DNA of 64,000 nt, taken from Xylographa opegraphella (Eukaryota). The position numbers and the translations under genes are program-made. The notes below the pieces were generated by a model, which saw nothing but the letters and a program-made list of their open reading frames with translations, had not been told where the DNA came from and made no database searches. Each line of letters starts with the position of its first letter. The first letter of the stretch is position 1. Positions 36,557 to 49,608 of this stretch are shown piece after piece. The DNA lies in NCBI GenBank assembly GCA_022813865.1, contig JALDZX010000015.1, positions 124,001 to 188,000 of the forward strand, written 5' to 3'.

Positions 36557-38287
36557 ATGGATTTCGACCAAGCAATGGCGTCCCACAGTGAGCTTGTGGC
36601 GGGCCACGAACCTACATACAACTTCGTGCCTAACCATGGCTATTTAACTAGTGAAGGAGATCCTACTTATTCTGTTGCTCAGACTCAGGGTGAACAAGTG
36701 GAGCAAGATGCGGAAGATGATTTCGAGGAGGACTACGACGATATACTTGCCGGCGAAGATCTAGATGACGAAGATCTGGCGTCGTACAACGCCTCGGACT
36801 ATACCAAGTCGTACAATCGTCAGCGACGACTGCAGGAAGTTGCCAGATATCCAAATGCGTCCAAGTCGGCGGCACCCAAAACCAATCCTCAGAAACCTGT
36901 CGCAAACACTTCCGCTTCTGTGGATGACCAGGTTACGTCACTAGCTAGACACGCGGGGAAATTGAAGTTGGACGACCGGCAGTCCGGTCTCGGCGGCAGA
37001 CATGAAAGAGGTGGAGACAAGAGCGATCGGGCCACGAGCGAGCAGGTCTTGGATCCTCGGACCCGTATGATCTTGCTTCAGATGATAAACCGCAATGTGG
37101 TCTCCGAAGTCAATGGCTGTCTCTCCACTGGGAAGGAAGCGAATGTCTATCATGCGCTTTCAAGCCCAGAGGAAAGTTCAGAGTCTCCAGATCTCATGCT
37201 GCATCGTGCTATCAAAGTCTACAAAACTAGTATTCTTGTCTTCAAGGACAGAGACAAGTATGTCTCAGGAGAGTATCGTTTTAGGCAAGGTTACAGCAAG
37301 AGTAATAATAGGGCAATGGTGAAGGTATGGGCCGAAAAAGAAATGAGGAATCTGAAGCGGATTTATGCCTCTGGGATTCCGTGTCCCGAGCCTATCTACC
37401 TCCGCCTTCATGTGCTCGTCATGGGATTCCTTGGAGATAGACACGGTGTACCAGCTCCGAGACTCAAAGACGTGGTTGTTGAAGGGACCGATATCGAAAG
37501 CCGATGGCGATCTCTATACCTACAGTTGCTAGGATACATGCGGACCATGTATCAAGTCTGTCATCTTGTTCATGCCGATCTTAGTGAATACAACATTCTT
37601 TACCATCACGATAAATTGTGGATCATTGATGTCAGTCAAAGTGTAGAGCATGATCATCCTAGAAGCTTGGAATTCTTGCGAATGGACGCCAAGAATGTCA
37701 CCGATTTCTTCCAGCGTAAAGGTGTGCATACTCTTTCCGAAAGAACAACGTTTGGGTTTGTGACAGCTGCCGAAGGACCCTCGGATCAACATGGTATGGC
37801 TGCGTCCTTGGACAAGCTGTATGCAGCGCGGCCGGACGAAGAGCCTGAAGACGATGCCGAGAGAGAGGTCGATAATGAAGTCTTTCGTAACCAATATATT
37901 CCACAAACGCTGGAGCAAGTCTATGACGTGGAACGAGACGCCGAGAAAGTAGGAAGAGGCGGTCAAGATGAGCTCGTGTATCGAGATCTCCTCGCTGACA
38001 AAGTTACTAACAATACTTCTAAAGTTTCCGATGACACTGGCAAAAATGCTCAATTCGGGAGCAGTGACAAGGAGAATGGCAGCGATCTTGAAACAGGTGA
38101 GGTTGATGCAGAAGGTGAAGATCTATTTGCCAAGAAGACCCCTAGGGGCAAGCGCTTTGAGGATAAGGATGCAAAGAAGGATCACAAGAAGCAGGTAAAA
38201 GAAGAAAACAAAGAGAAAAGAGAGAAGAAGATGCCGAAATATGTTAAGAAGAAAATGATCAGTGCTTCTGCACGCCACAAGCACTGA
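36557..38287 (+). CDS. RIO1: Atypical Ser/Thr kinase Rio1 (40S maturation)
   Basis: DKSDRATSEQVLDPRTR, STGKEANVYHA, KVYKTSILVFKDRDKY, HADLSEYNIL, IIDVSQSVEHDHP, Lys-rich C-terminus. Confidence 0.97.
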   Translation: MDFDQAMASHSELVAGHEPTYNFVPNHGYLTSEGDPTYSVAQTQGEQVEQDAEDDFEEDYDDILAGEDLDDEDLASYNASDYTKSYNRQRRLQEVARYPNASKSAAPKTNPQKPVANTSASVDDQVTSLARHAGKLKLDDRQSGLGGRHERGGDKSDRATSEQVLDPRTRMILLQMINRNVVSEVNGCLSTGKEANVYHALSSPEESSESPDLMLHRAIKVYKTSILVFKDRDKYVSGEYRFRQGYSKSNNRAMVKVWAEKEMRNLKRIYASGIPCPEPIYLRLHVLVMGFLGDRHGVPAPRLKDVVVEGTDIESRWRSLYLQLLGYMRTMYQVCHLVHADLSEYNILYHHDKLWIIDVSQSVEHDHPRSLEFLRMDAKNVTDFFQRKGVHTLSERTTFGFVTAAEGPSDQHGMAASLDKLYAARPDEEPEDDAEREVDNEVFRNQYIPQTLEQVYDVERDAEKVGRGGQDELVYRDLLADKVTNNTSKVSDDTGKNAQFGSSDKENGSDLETGEVDAEGEDLFAKKTPRGKRFEDKDAKKDHKKQVKEENKEKREKKMPKYVKKKMISASARHKH

Positions 38288-39564
38288 AATGTTGAGGAAG
38301 GCAGCCGAGGAGCTGGAGATTGAAGATCCACGATTTCTTCTCAAAACTCCTGAGAAATCTTGTTGTAAGTGGACTTTCCTTCACACAGTTGGTATCCTTC
38401 TCCTGTGACGAAAACGTGACTATGTGTATATGCGCTTGGTGTGTTTTCAATCCTATATCAAAACCCCTTGCTGTAGAACACATGGGGTCTTAGAAGCACT
38501 GGTTTATTGCAGAACAAAGAGAGCCCCGAGGAAACACTCAGCACTCCGACTATCTTGATTGTGTTTGAAAGAAGATTGTTGCTGATTTGTCAATAGTGGT
38601 CCTCAATTATGCCCCCAAACATGACTTACGCTTAAGCGCAGGCCACTCGTTAGCAGACTGGCACTTTTCAGTATCAACAAGGCAACAACAGTTTCTCGTT
38701 GCAGTGAAGTTGACTTGAAGTACTCAAAGGTGTGTCAGAACGAGATAAGGAAACAACAGAAAGAAACTACGAAAGAAGAGTGATGTATGGATTAGCTTTT
38801 GGAGAACGTAGTAGCATAGCAACAACTGGCGCCAAGCATGCCAGCATGCTCCAAGTCGAACAGGTTGGCAGCATCGAGCGCGGTCCAAGATTTAATTAGT
38901 CTCGTGATCACTTACCACAGTAGTGCCCTATCCCTGTCGTAGTGCACATTAGCCGAGAAGGCATCTCCTCAATGCAAACCTTCTACTGTGGTGGATTCGG
39001 GGCGGGTCTTTTGGGCGCTTTTTGATTTGGAGCTTCCTTCCTCACGCATCTGCATATAGCGATAGAGCAGCAGAGCCACAACGGCAGTTAATTCGTTTTT
39101 TTTCTTCTTTTCACTCTTTGTCGGACGGAAAGTGACCTTATTCAGAAAAGACTTGACCTAGCTGCGACCCCGATCCAATCCTTTTGCCTACCCCTTTGCC
39201 TACTCAACTAGGCTGCTGCGGACTTCCTACGAATTCCTTTACACTACCACGGCATTATCAGATGCGGGCAACCCATCATAAGATCACGAAAAAGATTTAT
39301 GCTTGTGTGTGTTAGTTCGAAGTGTTAACGGGCTTGACACTATTTCAATGTATTGCATATTGTGAGGCTGAACAGTGTGCTTTCTCTTGTAATGCATTCA
39401 ATTGCTGTCCCAAACCACCGGGAAATCCAATGAAATTGTGGCCAGAGTGGTCACAAATCTTCAAAGTATCAGGTTCTAAGCAAGATCGGGAGCTTTTGAC
39501 ATATTGAAAAGCGGTTATGTGATAATATCACAACAGAAAAATTCAAATAGACAATACTTGCACG

Positions 39565-41979
39565 ATGCCTTCCTCACGCAATCAGGAACCACCTTCCTTT
39601 TGGGATAATCCACAGAATTTCTTTTCTAGTATTGGAGACCATCTCCCGCAGCCATCATCTTTCCCTTCGGCAGCGGTTGCCAAGCGAGAGGCACAAGCAT
39701 ATTCTCGGGATATCTTCGCTTCCTGCGAAACACTTCATGCGATACTGGACAGATATGAGGGTCTTATCCGGAGGCGATGGAGCAAGAAATCTCAAGACCA
39801 AAGAAAAAAAGTTCTGCTTGGTGCTTGGCCCCGGATGTCGCTAAGTCACCGACCAGACTACAAAGTTATAGACAGTGAAACAGTCCAAGAACGACGGAAG
39901 GGAACCAGATATAGGGAAGCATATCTGTGGCCGTATATTAACATTGAGGACCTAGTTCAAGGGAAGTCACTGCTCTTATTCCTCAATTCAAGGGGTCGTC
40001 ACCTACCAGAAGCATTCTCTAACGCTGATATTGAAGCCGCACACGTCGGCATCGTCAGCATGGCGATAAGTAGATCATTTCTCAACGGATACACCATGCG
40101 TCTACACGGTCAGACCACTGTGCATACGTATGGCAAGATGCTTTCGTGGGACGACGACGATCGAGCCTTTGATTGGATGATGTCAGGTGTCGGCAAACAG
40201 CCTGGCGAAGGGCTTTTGATCTTAGAGATCCAGAAGAAGATTCTGGACTTTCTTGTCCAGTGCTGCCGGTTACTTCTGGCTGACCTACCACCAGAATCAC
40301 TGACGGATAAGGATATCCCCATACAGCCGGAGCCGGAGCCAATCGTAACAGATCCAACAGCATGGCCTTCCCTTGCAGCGATGTCGATGGAAGCTCCCTA
40401 TCGAGTTCCTGCTCACCCCGATTTCAAACGACTACAAGCAATCATAGCTGCAAATCTCTCAGCGGCCAAAGATCATCTCTGGGCCCTTAGGGAAGATCCA
40501 GGCTATTTCGCTAATGTTGCTTTTGATTCTAGCGAACACCGAATGGAGGTTCTACGAGATGATCATGGCAAGCAGCATCCTAGGCTCAACAAGCCAGTAT
40601 TCTGGGGATATGTTTTGCGTCATATTGTTACTGGAGCTTACGGCTCGCTGCTTCTTTGGGAAGGACTTCATAATCAACTCACTCTCCTAGTGACGCTCAA
40701 AGATAAATACGCACGAAGCATATCTCCAATGGAGAGCCTGCCATCCGAGTACATGGATGCTCTTCTACTATTCAGATATCTTCTTGACCGAGCTATAAAT
40801 CTTCAAATTCAAGAATTAGTTATGATTGCACCCTCCTCCCCTCCTCTTCGATCGCATTTTGTCAGAGAAACGCAGATTCCAAATTCAACGAAGATGTCTT
40901 GCAGGAGTAAAGGTACAAAATCGAGTTTAATGTATCTGCTTGGACTTCTCTTGGACAAAGATCAATTGTTCCTCCACGGCCTTCCGAATATCGTGGATGA
41001 TCTCGACACGGTGCTGCGCCATGATCCCACTCAGAATAGCTTGGTAACTCCATTTGTAGCAGAAAGTATCTCTAAACTTGCTGTCCTGGCGGAAAGCTTG
41101 CGGCAACTTAGTCTGTACCAGCCCTGGTCCTCAAACATGGAATTCGATAATACCGCGGAAAGGGAAGATTTCAAGACATTCTATAATAATTCAACTTCTC
41201 GATACTCAAAGCTCCCCGAAGCTTTGACAGATGTCCCCCTTGCTGACCTTGGCACGCCGACCCACGGATGGTTCAACTATCCTGTCGACAAACGCCGCAC
41301 CAAAGAAAACGTCAAAGTTATGAGGAAAGCGGAGCAAAACCTCGACGCGTTCTGGCGTGCCATTGATGACGAAGCTGCTAGGAAGGATAGTGCCTTACAA
41401 GGCCTTGCCACATTATACAACGATGCTGAAGGCCGCGAACTTCAAAGAACTCCTGAATGGGTCGAGCCGGTACAACAAGTACAAAAGACAGTGAAGGAAG
41501 AAATGCCTTATGAAGCATTTGCTCGAGCTAGTCTCGATCCTAAAAGGAGTAACCCCATAGTGGCGGATGAAAAGATCAAAATCAAAACTCGTGGCTTGGC
41601 CAGAAAGTTTCCCCACATCGTCGAGCAAGCCGTACCTGACAATTCAGATCATCAACCAAGCTTTGTCGTCGGCAAGCGAGCTCTCAAAGTCTTTTCTGTG
41701 CTGTTCCATACCCCTTCTGCGGAGTCTGACAACAACCCAGGAGAGATCCCTTGGCTCGATTTCGTGCACGCATTGCATTCTGTTGGATTTGCCGCCTTGA
41801 AGCTTTACGGGTCCGTTTGGCAGTGCACTCCAACCAAGTTAGATGTCGAGCGGAGTATTCAGTTCCACGAGCCGCATCCGCACGGGAGGATTCCGTTCGT
41901 GGTAGCTCGACGGCATGGTAGGCGGTTAAATCGCGCCAATGGCTGGTATGGAGGGATGTTCGTGTCTGATAAAGGATAG
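39565..41979 (+). CDS. Fungal hypothetical protein (804 aa, intronless) with a C-terminal HicA-like segment
   Basis: Long intact ORF with YLWPYINIEDL, LFLNSRGR, HLWALREDPGYF; C-terminal W.DF.HAL..VGF..KLYGSVWQ..P...RSIQFHEPHP..RR.GRRL.R..GW. Confidence 0.85.
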   Translation: MPSSRNQEPPSFWDNPQNFFSSIGDHLPQPSSFPSAAVAKREAQAYSRDIFASCETLHAILDRYEGLIRRRWSKKSQDQRKKVLLGAWPRMSLSHRPDYKVIDSETVQERRKGTRYREAYLWPYINIEDLVQGKSLLLFLNSRGRHLPEAFSNADIEAAHVGIVSMAISRSFLNGYTMRLHGQTTVHTYGKMLSWDDDDRAFDWMMSGVGKQPGEGLLILEIQKKILDFLVQCCRLLLADLPPESLTDKDIPIQPEPEPIVTDPTAWPSLAAMSMEAPYRVPAHPDFKRLQAIIAANLSAAKDHLWALREDPGYFANVAFDSSEHRMEVLRDDHGKQHPRLNKPVFWGYVLRHIVTGAYGSLLLWEGLHNQLTLLVTLKDKYARSISPMESLPSEYMDALLLFRYLLDRAINLQIQELVMIAPSSPPLRSHFVRETQIPNSTKMSCRSKGTKSSLMYLLGLLLDKDQLFLHGLPNIVDDLDTVLRHDPTQNSLVTPFVAESISKLAVLAESLRQLSLYQPWSSNMEFDNTAEREDFKTFYNNSTSRYSKLPEALTDVPLADLGTPTHGWFNYPVDKRRTKENVKVMRKAEQNLDAFWRAIDDEAARKDSALQGLATLYNDAEGRELQRTPEWVEPVQQVQKTVKEEMPYEAFARASLDPKRSNPIVADEKIKIKTRGLARKFPHIVEQAVPDNSDHQPSFVVGKRALKVFSVLFHTPSAESDNNPGEIPWLDFVHALHSVGFAALKLYGSVWQCTPTKLDVERSIQFHEPHPHGRIPFVVARRHGRRLNRANGWYGGMFVSDKG

Positions 41980-43555
41980 TCTCGGAAGGAGGAGGGAACA
42001 TAGATTCGTGTGCGGTCATACGAAGCTACTGTGGTGGTTGGATCGGATAATGGCAACATGAGTATCTTGCTGAAGATGTTCGTGCTAGCCAGGACTCGAC
42101 AGTGTAGATCAGTCACTCTGGCTGAAGGCTTTGCTCACATATCCAGCTCTAGACACGATTTTTAATGAAGAGGTCTGACCAAATTGTGTAATATTGACTA
42201 GGCTAATCTATCGGATGTAAATGAAAGCCTCGGCTCCCAGCGGAAAGCGCCCTTTCCAAGACTGCAGGCACCGCGTCATGATAATACCAGGAAAATCACA
42301 ATCATAAGATACTTCTACCGACTTAGCTTCCTGCTTCACCTTGTTCTTCATGGTCATCATCACTGCCACAGTCACGGTGCGACTCTCATGTGCTCATTCT
42401 TAAGTGGAACCTGTATCTGGTTATTATTTCTCACCGGCATAAACCGCTGCAGGCTTTTAGCCTTGGCACAATTTGGTAATAACTCGGATGGTGGGATGGA
42501 CAGCGAACACCTCATGCTGAGTATGTAAAGCTCTAGACTTTGCTGGTTGGACATCAAACGCCGCTTCTGTAGCAATGAAAAGAAGGTTGTCGATGGATGG
42601 CCCATCAAATATGCCTACCTTAAAGGGACATACCTTACTTCAGCTTCAGCCAGCCACCGGATAGTGTATGCACAAAAACCATGCAGTTTCTTTGGCACTT
42701 AATTTGCACTTAAGGTAAGGTAATTCTAACGGTGTGAAAACGTGAGTGCCAAGCAAATACGTGGTATGTGCATAGGCTCGATAGGCTAAAATGTCGTTCT
42801 GACTACGACTCAGCTCGAGCAGGGTATTCCTGGGATATCTTTGGCCGAAACCTTTAGTCAATGCCTTGTTAGGGGCAAGCAGTACAGAGCACCTAAGACT
42901 GACGGGAGGAATTGGGCTACCTATACTCCGTAGTCACTCCGCATCTAAGGTGTTCAATTCAGCTTCATCATAACAGCCATGACACTAATGTATCAACCGT
43001 TCAGTCTTGGCCAAGGTTCTGGACCACTTAGCAACGTCTTCCACTCGGCTCTAGCTCAATCATGGTCCTCTTTAGCTTCTACAGAGTGGTAGTCCTGTGG
43101 CTAAACAACCGGAAATCACAAGTGGTCACATGTGCATACATCCAATATTTTGGTTGGTGAGCTGAACTGCCAGCTTATCGCACGCATAATGCTGTACCAG
43201 CCGCTGGTCTGTCGAACGGTTAAAATGGCTGGTTGATGACAATTTGGAGAGATCGAGAGGTTTCTCGAGAGATCACTTAACCGGGTATACCAATTAGCGG
43301 CTTCCAGAAGTTCCTCTTAATGCTATGGTTGCAGCGGTTGTGGAAAAATGCACAGTCGAGGCACGCCGCAATTGCGATCGGCAGGCTGAGCTAGATGATG
43401 AAAGCTTGCATTTTCAGCTGCGACAGCTACGACAGCTGCAACGCAGTGTATGCAGGAGAATCGATCAAGACGACGCAGGCTACACTACCATGAGTTTTCT
43501 GATATTAATAGGACTTCCCGCTCTATGAATCCGATTGTCTACAGATTTGTCAAGT

Positions 43556-45676
43556 ATGACTTCACTCGATCAACTGGACGCCGCGATCAAGAGGCTTGAC
43601 CCTCAAGCTTTACTGGCGGGACTTTCATACGATAAAACGTACAACCAGTCCCTTGGATTGTCCGGCGATCCCTCAGATTTCAAAGTATTCATTCCCTACA
43701 AAACATGGCCTTCAGAAACGGACCCGAGCAAGTATCCGACAACCTTCGCCAGTGCTCTCGAGGACGCTTTTAAAGACGTCCTCGCACACGGTTCTGCGCA
43801 GACAGATGACAAGTCGCCGTGCTTTATAGATATAGCTCATCTCGACGGCGGCTTAGGTCCTTTCTTTACCGAAAGCACAGATGGTAGCCCAAGTATTGCT
43901 CAGGCCCTCGCCGACATTGTGAATCGCACAGCCGCTTCGACCACTCCTATAGTTCGCTTCTTGGCCGGGACGGAATCAATCGACCCCAGCAGCTTTTGGG
44001 CAAGCAATTCGGGCAACTACAATGCCATATTCTGGCCGAACGGAGGCCCTCCATTGATCACTCATCCAAAGGCCGAATTCCATGTGGGATTCTACAGCCC
44101 GAACTTTCGACCATCGTATGTTTCAATAGTCAGGTACGATATGAGTGCAACATTGACCAAGATATAGAACCTCCACTACACCTGTGGAGACCTCGGCTCT
44201 GGCTTCGGGATTGAAACCAGCAGTCGATTGGCTGAAGAAGCTTGTGGGCAGGATCAAGCAAGCACTGATGCTAATAGGCGAAGACACTAAAGCCATCGAA
44301 AATGCCCTGGAGAATTTGAACCCTGAATACATTGTGAAGGTGCTTATTGCGTATGGTTTGCCTTCGATCAGTTGGAATCATGCCAAAATTGTCGCGGTGG
44401 GTGGCAAAACGATGATGACAGGCGGTGGGAACTACTGGTCCGAGTATACAGCGAATCATCATGATATCGTTGATATGCAGTCAAAATATAAAGGGGACGC
44501 TGCCATCTCGGCACACACATATGCCGATTACTTTTGGCGGTAATAGTTTCGTTCTATCATGATGGAAGGGAAATTATGTCTCTGACCTCAGCATAGTTAC
44601 CTTAATCGAGTTCATACAACAGATACACAATCGTTCCGACAAGCAACGAAATTAAGCACAGCTACACCAAACTGGTCACCGGATACATTAGCACCGCTAT
44701 TCGACAGCAAGCCTATAGCTACATCTGGCATTCCCGTACTTACTGTCGCCAAGCTGGGTGATTGGGCTGGTCCAATGAATAGTATACAATATCCCGTCCA
44801 GCTTATCGACGCGTTGCGAGACCTAATGCTGAATATTGTTTGGTCGCTCAACATATACAAGCTGCCCTCGTTCAATATCATGCCACAGGCTGTCGCGGAG
44901 CTCGGGGACGACAACTCGGAGATCATGACTACTTTATCGGAGCTCGGTGTTACCTCTGCGGCGTGGGCAACTAGATATGCTCGAACGCAGGCAGTTGCGA
45001 ACGCTGTAAATAGCCTGCATATCAGTACTGAGTTACTCGTCAATTTCCTGCAAGTCGGCAACCCCAAATACCAAGCGCTCGTCAATACTATCAATACCGA
45101 CCTTGGTCTTACAGGCAACTATGCGTGGAACGGCTATTTGTGGCCATTTGGTGAGTTGAAACCTCTCACCCAATTTTATGATGATTCTCCAGTCCAGTTT
45201 GTCTGATGAACTTTCGGAGTAATGTAGATCTCCTCGTTGCGTTTGGCCAAGCCCTCGCACGAATGAAGAATTCCGCCTCAGCTGACGCTGGTATCTTCAT
45301 TGTCCTGACTACCAATCAACCTGGCGAGCACCCCGGATGGGAGGACGACACAAAAGTTTCCGAGGTCAAGTCCCGTCTCAAGGCCATCATGACAGCCATG
45401 GCCACGAGTGGTACTATTGCCCTCTCGCCAGGTGAGGTCGACAAGCTAGTGGAAAGCAAGTTCCAGGTTAAGAGGGTCCTAACGAATAGTTTGTGGTTCA
45501 ATCACTGCAAAGTGGTATGCGTCGACCGAAGGATGATGTACATCGGCAGTGACAACACGTATCCGAACTATAATGAGGAGCATGGGTGTTGGATTGAGGA
45601 TGAAAAGACGGTGGCTGCGTGGTTCACTAGTTTCTACGACCAGCTTTGGTTGCGCTCGACTCCGGCAACGGACTGA
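43556..45676 (+). CDS. Phospholipase D superfamily protein with two HKD-type motifs, bacterial (Streptomyces PLD/Ymt-like) type; exons 43556-44115, 44168-44539, 44597-45150, 45228-45676
   Basis: SWNHAKIVAVGGKTMMTGGGNYW and FNHCKVVCVDRRMMYIGSDNTYP..EHGCWIED. All three GT-AG introns splice in frame. Start codon is a best guess. Confidence 0.88.
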
Positions 45677-46195
45677 GGCAGGGTGTCTGGGTAGTGAGCA
45701 TACGAACAACATAAGACTGGCAGCGTGAAACACGGGCAGGTTTGTGAAATATGCGGTTTAAACTGGTCCAGTCACATTAGACATTGAGCAGATCATATTC
45801 CTCTTACTACTCAAGGCTAGGCAAGCTATCTGCTATTGCTACATAAGATTGATCCGCCTGTCATCAATTTATTTGCCAAACAGAGGCATAAAGCCCACAA
45901 TGATGTTATCTTATGTCATTGCAAAACCCGCTGCTTTAAGCTCCACAATATGACTTCTACCATTGGCAATAATAGTCTTAATCGCAGTCGCCTCAACAGT
46001 TGATTTTGCTACAGCCTGGACTATTGTATCTGTCAGCGCCATCTCGACTGCCTCGTTCCAATTGAGCGATGGTAGCAGAGTCCTTGAAAGTCCAGATACA
46101 ATTGTCATTAGAGTGCTTGCTTCTGTGGATCCCAGGATACTTGCACTGATTATTTGTTCCGAGATATGAAATCAGCTTGAAGCCCTCATTACCAC

Positions 46196-47220
46196 TTATT
46201 TGAAGAGTGCAATCGTCAACATCATTTCCTGTTCGGAGACGTGACCATATCCAGGCAAAGGCTTTACTCTAAATGAAGACTGACTGGTGGGCGGCGAGAT
46301 AACCTCGATAGTAACGATCAGACATCTTAGCCTTTGTCGAAGACTTCGAAAAGCAGGTATTGATGCTGTCAATAACCAGAGTTGAGTGCAAGCGTATCTT
46401 CCACAATCTTGCAATGCTGATTGTGCCAGAACTTCGTCTCAATTGCCCAGCTTGCCGGCTCAACTGTCTTATCGCATGTGAATAGCATTGCTTCTCTCCA
46501 ATTACGATTTACAGGATGCCTCGCAGATCCGGCCATTCCATAGTTCTTAAGGTCGATATAAGGGCCTATCATAAGAAGAGTTGACCAGTTTCGCGAGCCC
46601 CTGCACCAGCGTGCCAGATAACTGACCATTCCGCACCATTCCTCGCAATGGAGTCTTTCCTCAATGAATACTTCTATGCAGTGGACATTTGGGATCGAGT
46701 AAGCGGCAGCGGCTATAAAATCCAACTCACGGCCGACGACGCTCGTGGGAACCGGCGTATTTTATGTCCTACGGAATCCGACACGTCGGATAGGATCCAG
46801 ATTTAAAGTGCCGAATGGGTTCTGCTTCAACATGTCAACAAAAGAAGACATGCACTTCGTCTCGGAGAACGCGAATATGCGACTGCCGTAAAATATAGGA
46901 CCGGCTTCGCAGTACATCTGGCGGCACGTGAACACAGCTGCCATTTCAGGTGTGCCGTAAGCATAATAAGATCTATCGGATTCGTGGATCCTTCTACCAC
47001 TGCGAGTGAGGCTCGGCCCCAAGGTCTTCACTTTCACGGGCCCTGTTACTTCATAGCGTTCGTTCGAAATAGCCCGGCTCCACGTCGAAGAGGGCGTGGT
47101 AGATCATGAATCGAATTTCAACCGGGAGTTTCAATAATTGGAAGACTGGCGAGGAGGACGAGGATGGAGACTCGCGGTCGGCATTTTTACTTGAATTATC
47201 AGTTGACCTGTGCTCGCTAG
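46196..47220 (-). pseudogene. Disrupted hypothetical gene with an F-box-like N-terminal motif (LLKLPVEIRFMIY..TCRQMYCEA..FY)
   Basis: Frameshift after HALFDVEP and an in-frame TAA at 46762-46764 between two protein-like ORF pieces. Boundaries approximate. Confidence 0.6.
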
Positions 47221-47684
47221 CTTTTGTGGTCCAGATGGTAACCTACGTCTTGGCTCGCTTGATCGGTATTATAAGGTATTTTTTGACTGAACCGATGTTC
47301 CTCTCTACTATGACTAGCGTTTAGATTTGCAAGACCTGTCCGTTGGCTTTGTTCAGTCCTTGTTGTAATGGTGGTCAGAAAGGAGTTCGATGTTGGAAAA
47401 TAAGTACCAGGCACGCGTAAAGTTTCGTGTAGGGTACTTCGGGTACCTAGATATCTTATCCCTTGGCAACGGTACTGTCAAGCCCAATATAGCTAGTTCC
47501 TCTAGGACTACTGAAGTAGCTGCTACTTAAAAAGGACTAGCTAAAAACAATACAGCTAGTAAGCGGTAGAGGTCACAAGAGTGTCGAGCGCTGCTTGTGT
47601 GTCACAATGCTGTGAGGTTGTGGTACACATTGACTCCAACACTATAAAAATGAATGCTATCAAGCACAAAAACACTAAACCATC

Positions 47685-49608
47685 ATGGCTAGCTATGATT
47701 ATCAGTTTGGGGCAAACATGGCTGCTCTTAGTTACAGCCCTGCAACAGAGCCGCTCCAGTGCCTCGAGATATGGACTTTTAGGGTGAGTAAGCTTCGACG
47801 GCTGGAAGAGTATTGCTTCAACACCAATCACAGGGGGACCTGGAGCCTGTTGTTAATATTACCATGGTTTCTGAGGATGAACTTGGTCAATGGCTAGAAA
47901 AGGTAGGTACGGTATTCGGGGAGATTCCGCATTTCTATTATGGCTATCTTTTGTTGATTGAGACGTAGAAACCTACATGGGATGATGCACATCAGAGTTC
48001 AATGGCCTCAAGTCTTAGGCTTATGTAGGCGTCTCCATCGTCTGGAGAAACTAGTACGACCAAAGAGATTTAACGGATCTCTTAGCTTTTGATGGTTCAT
48101 CGTACCATACTCAGGGTCATGGCGTCATGTTCCTGAGAAGAGATACATTTAACAGTATATTTTCAAAATTTCACCTTCTAAAAGCCTACGTACATGCTTT
48201 ACGATTTGATAGAGTCCAGTCCGGTCGTTGTAACCTCAGAGAAATCGAAGCCATTGGTAGGCTATGATTTTATCGAAATTCACCTATTACACTAACATTC
48301 TCAGGATACTACTACGTACAAGAATAAAATCACGTCGTCTTCACCCACAGTTCTGTGGCTGCAACTTGTGGTTATGTATGGTCAAGGCTTCAATATGTTG
48401 TTAATAGACAACGGCTCACGCTACAAAGGTTCGTCACGTAGACACCGCTATTAATATTCCTTACATGCTACACTATTTGAGCAGTTCGAGTGGTCTCGCC
48501 TCAAATCCATTGCTCTTGATGGCGATTTGGGCGGAGTTGAGAACCGAAGATATCAAGTCGCGTATAGCAAATGTGAATATCTCATTAGGAGCAATCGAAA
48601 GACAAACTGGACATGCAAGTATTGTTCACCTGATGATTGACTCCCCCAAACGTAATTTAACAGAACTCAACCTGGATTTGAGCAAGACAAGGCAGTTGCT
48701 AGGTGCATATTTCTGGGACACAACGGAGACTCAAGGCTTGCTCGACACGACCATCAAGTGGATATCCCAGAGTGTACAAGAAGACTGGGACAACAAACAA
48801 AACTTACAACAACAGAAGGATACCAGCATCATTTTAATGGAACGCTTAGAAATTGTTCCATCCAGAATACGTGGCTTTCATAATGTACTAACTTTCAACG
48901 AACGACGATCTCAGATTCAAAAAAGCACTGTAAAGCTGCTTCATTTACACGGTAGTTTGAATGGAGTACTGACGAGTCTAGCTTTACAACCTCATAGCCC
49001 GAGAGGACTCAAAAGCAAATATCGATATTGCTAGGGCTTCAAGAAGCATTGCGCTCGCCAGTCAACGAGACAGCGCCTCCATGAAGACAATCGCTGTTCT
49101 AACCATGGCATTCTTACCAGCAACATGGGTTGCCGCTCTCTTCGCCATGCCCCTTTTCAACTGGAATGGAACACCAGACGAACCTCTTGTCTATGACCGC
49201 TTCTGGATATATTGGGCTCTTACCCTTCCTTTGACTGCTGCCGTACTATCCATTTGGTGGGTGTGGAAGGAATGGCGTAACCGAAAGGACGTCGCAGAAA
49301 ATGAAGCGGCGGAGAACGATACTGAATCGGAATTCAAAACGTCTGATAGGTCTGATCCCTGGGTCTACAATTCTGATGCACAGCACAATGCAGCACCTGC
49401 TCCGCAGCTCGAGCGACCAATCACTCAACCCAAAAAGTGGCTAGGTGTAAAGCGATCTACGGCGCTCGGGCACGGGAATTTCTTCTCGCAGATCTCGAAA
49501 CGGAGATCAAAGCAAGCACCCTCCCAGCCCGTTATTGCCTTGACGTCCAGGTCCACAAGTAGCATTGGAGTGGGGCCCCAGAGTCACGAGCCTCTGGAAA
49601 TTGTGTAA
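47685..49608 (+). CDS. Multi-exon protein with a C-terminal CorA-like two-helix membrane domain; middle exons possibly disrupted
   Basis: RDSASMKTIAVLTMAFLPATWVAALFAMPLF..FWIYWALTLPLT. First exons splice cleanly (47685-47783, 47834-47902), but I could not build a stop-free path through about 48030-48460. Confidence 0.6.
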
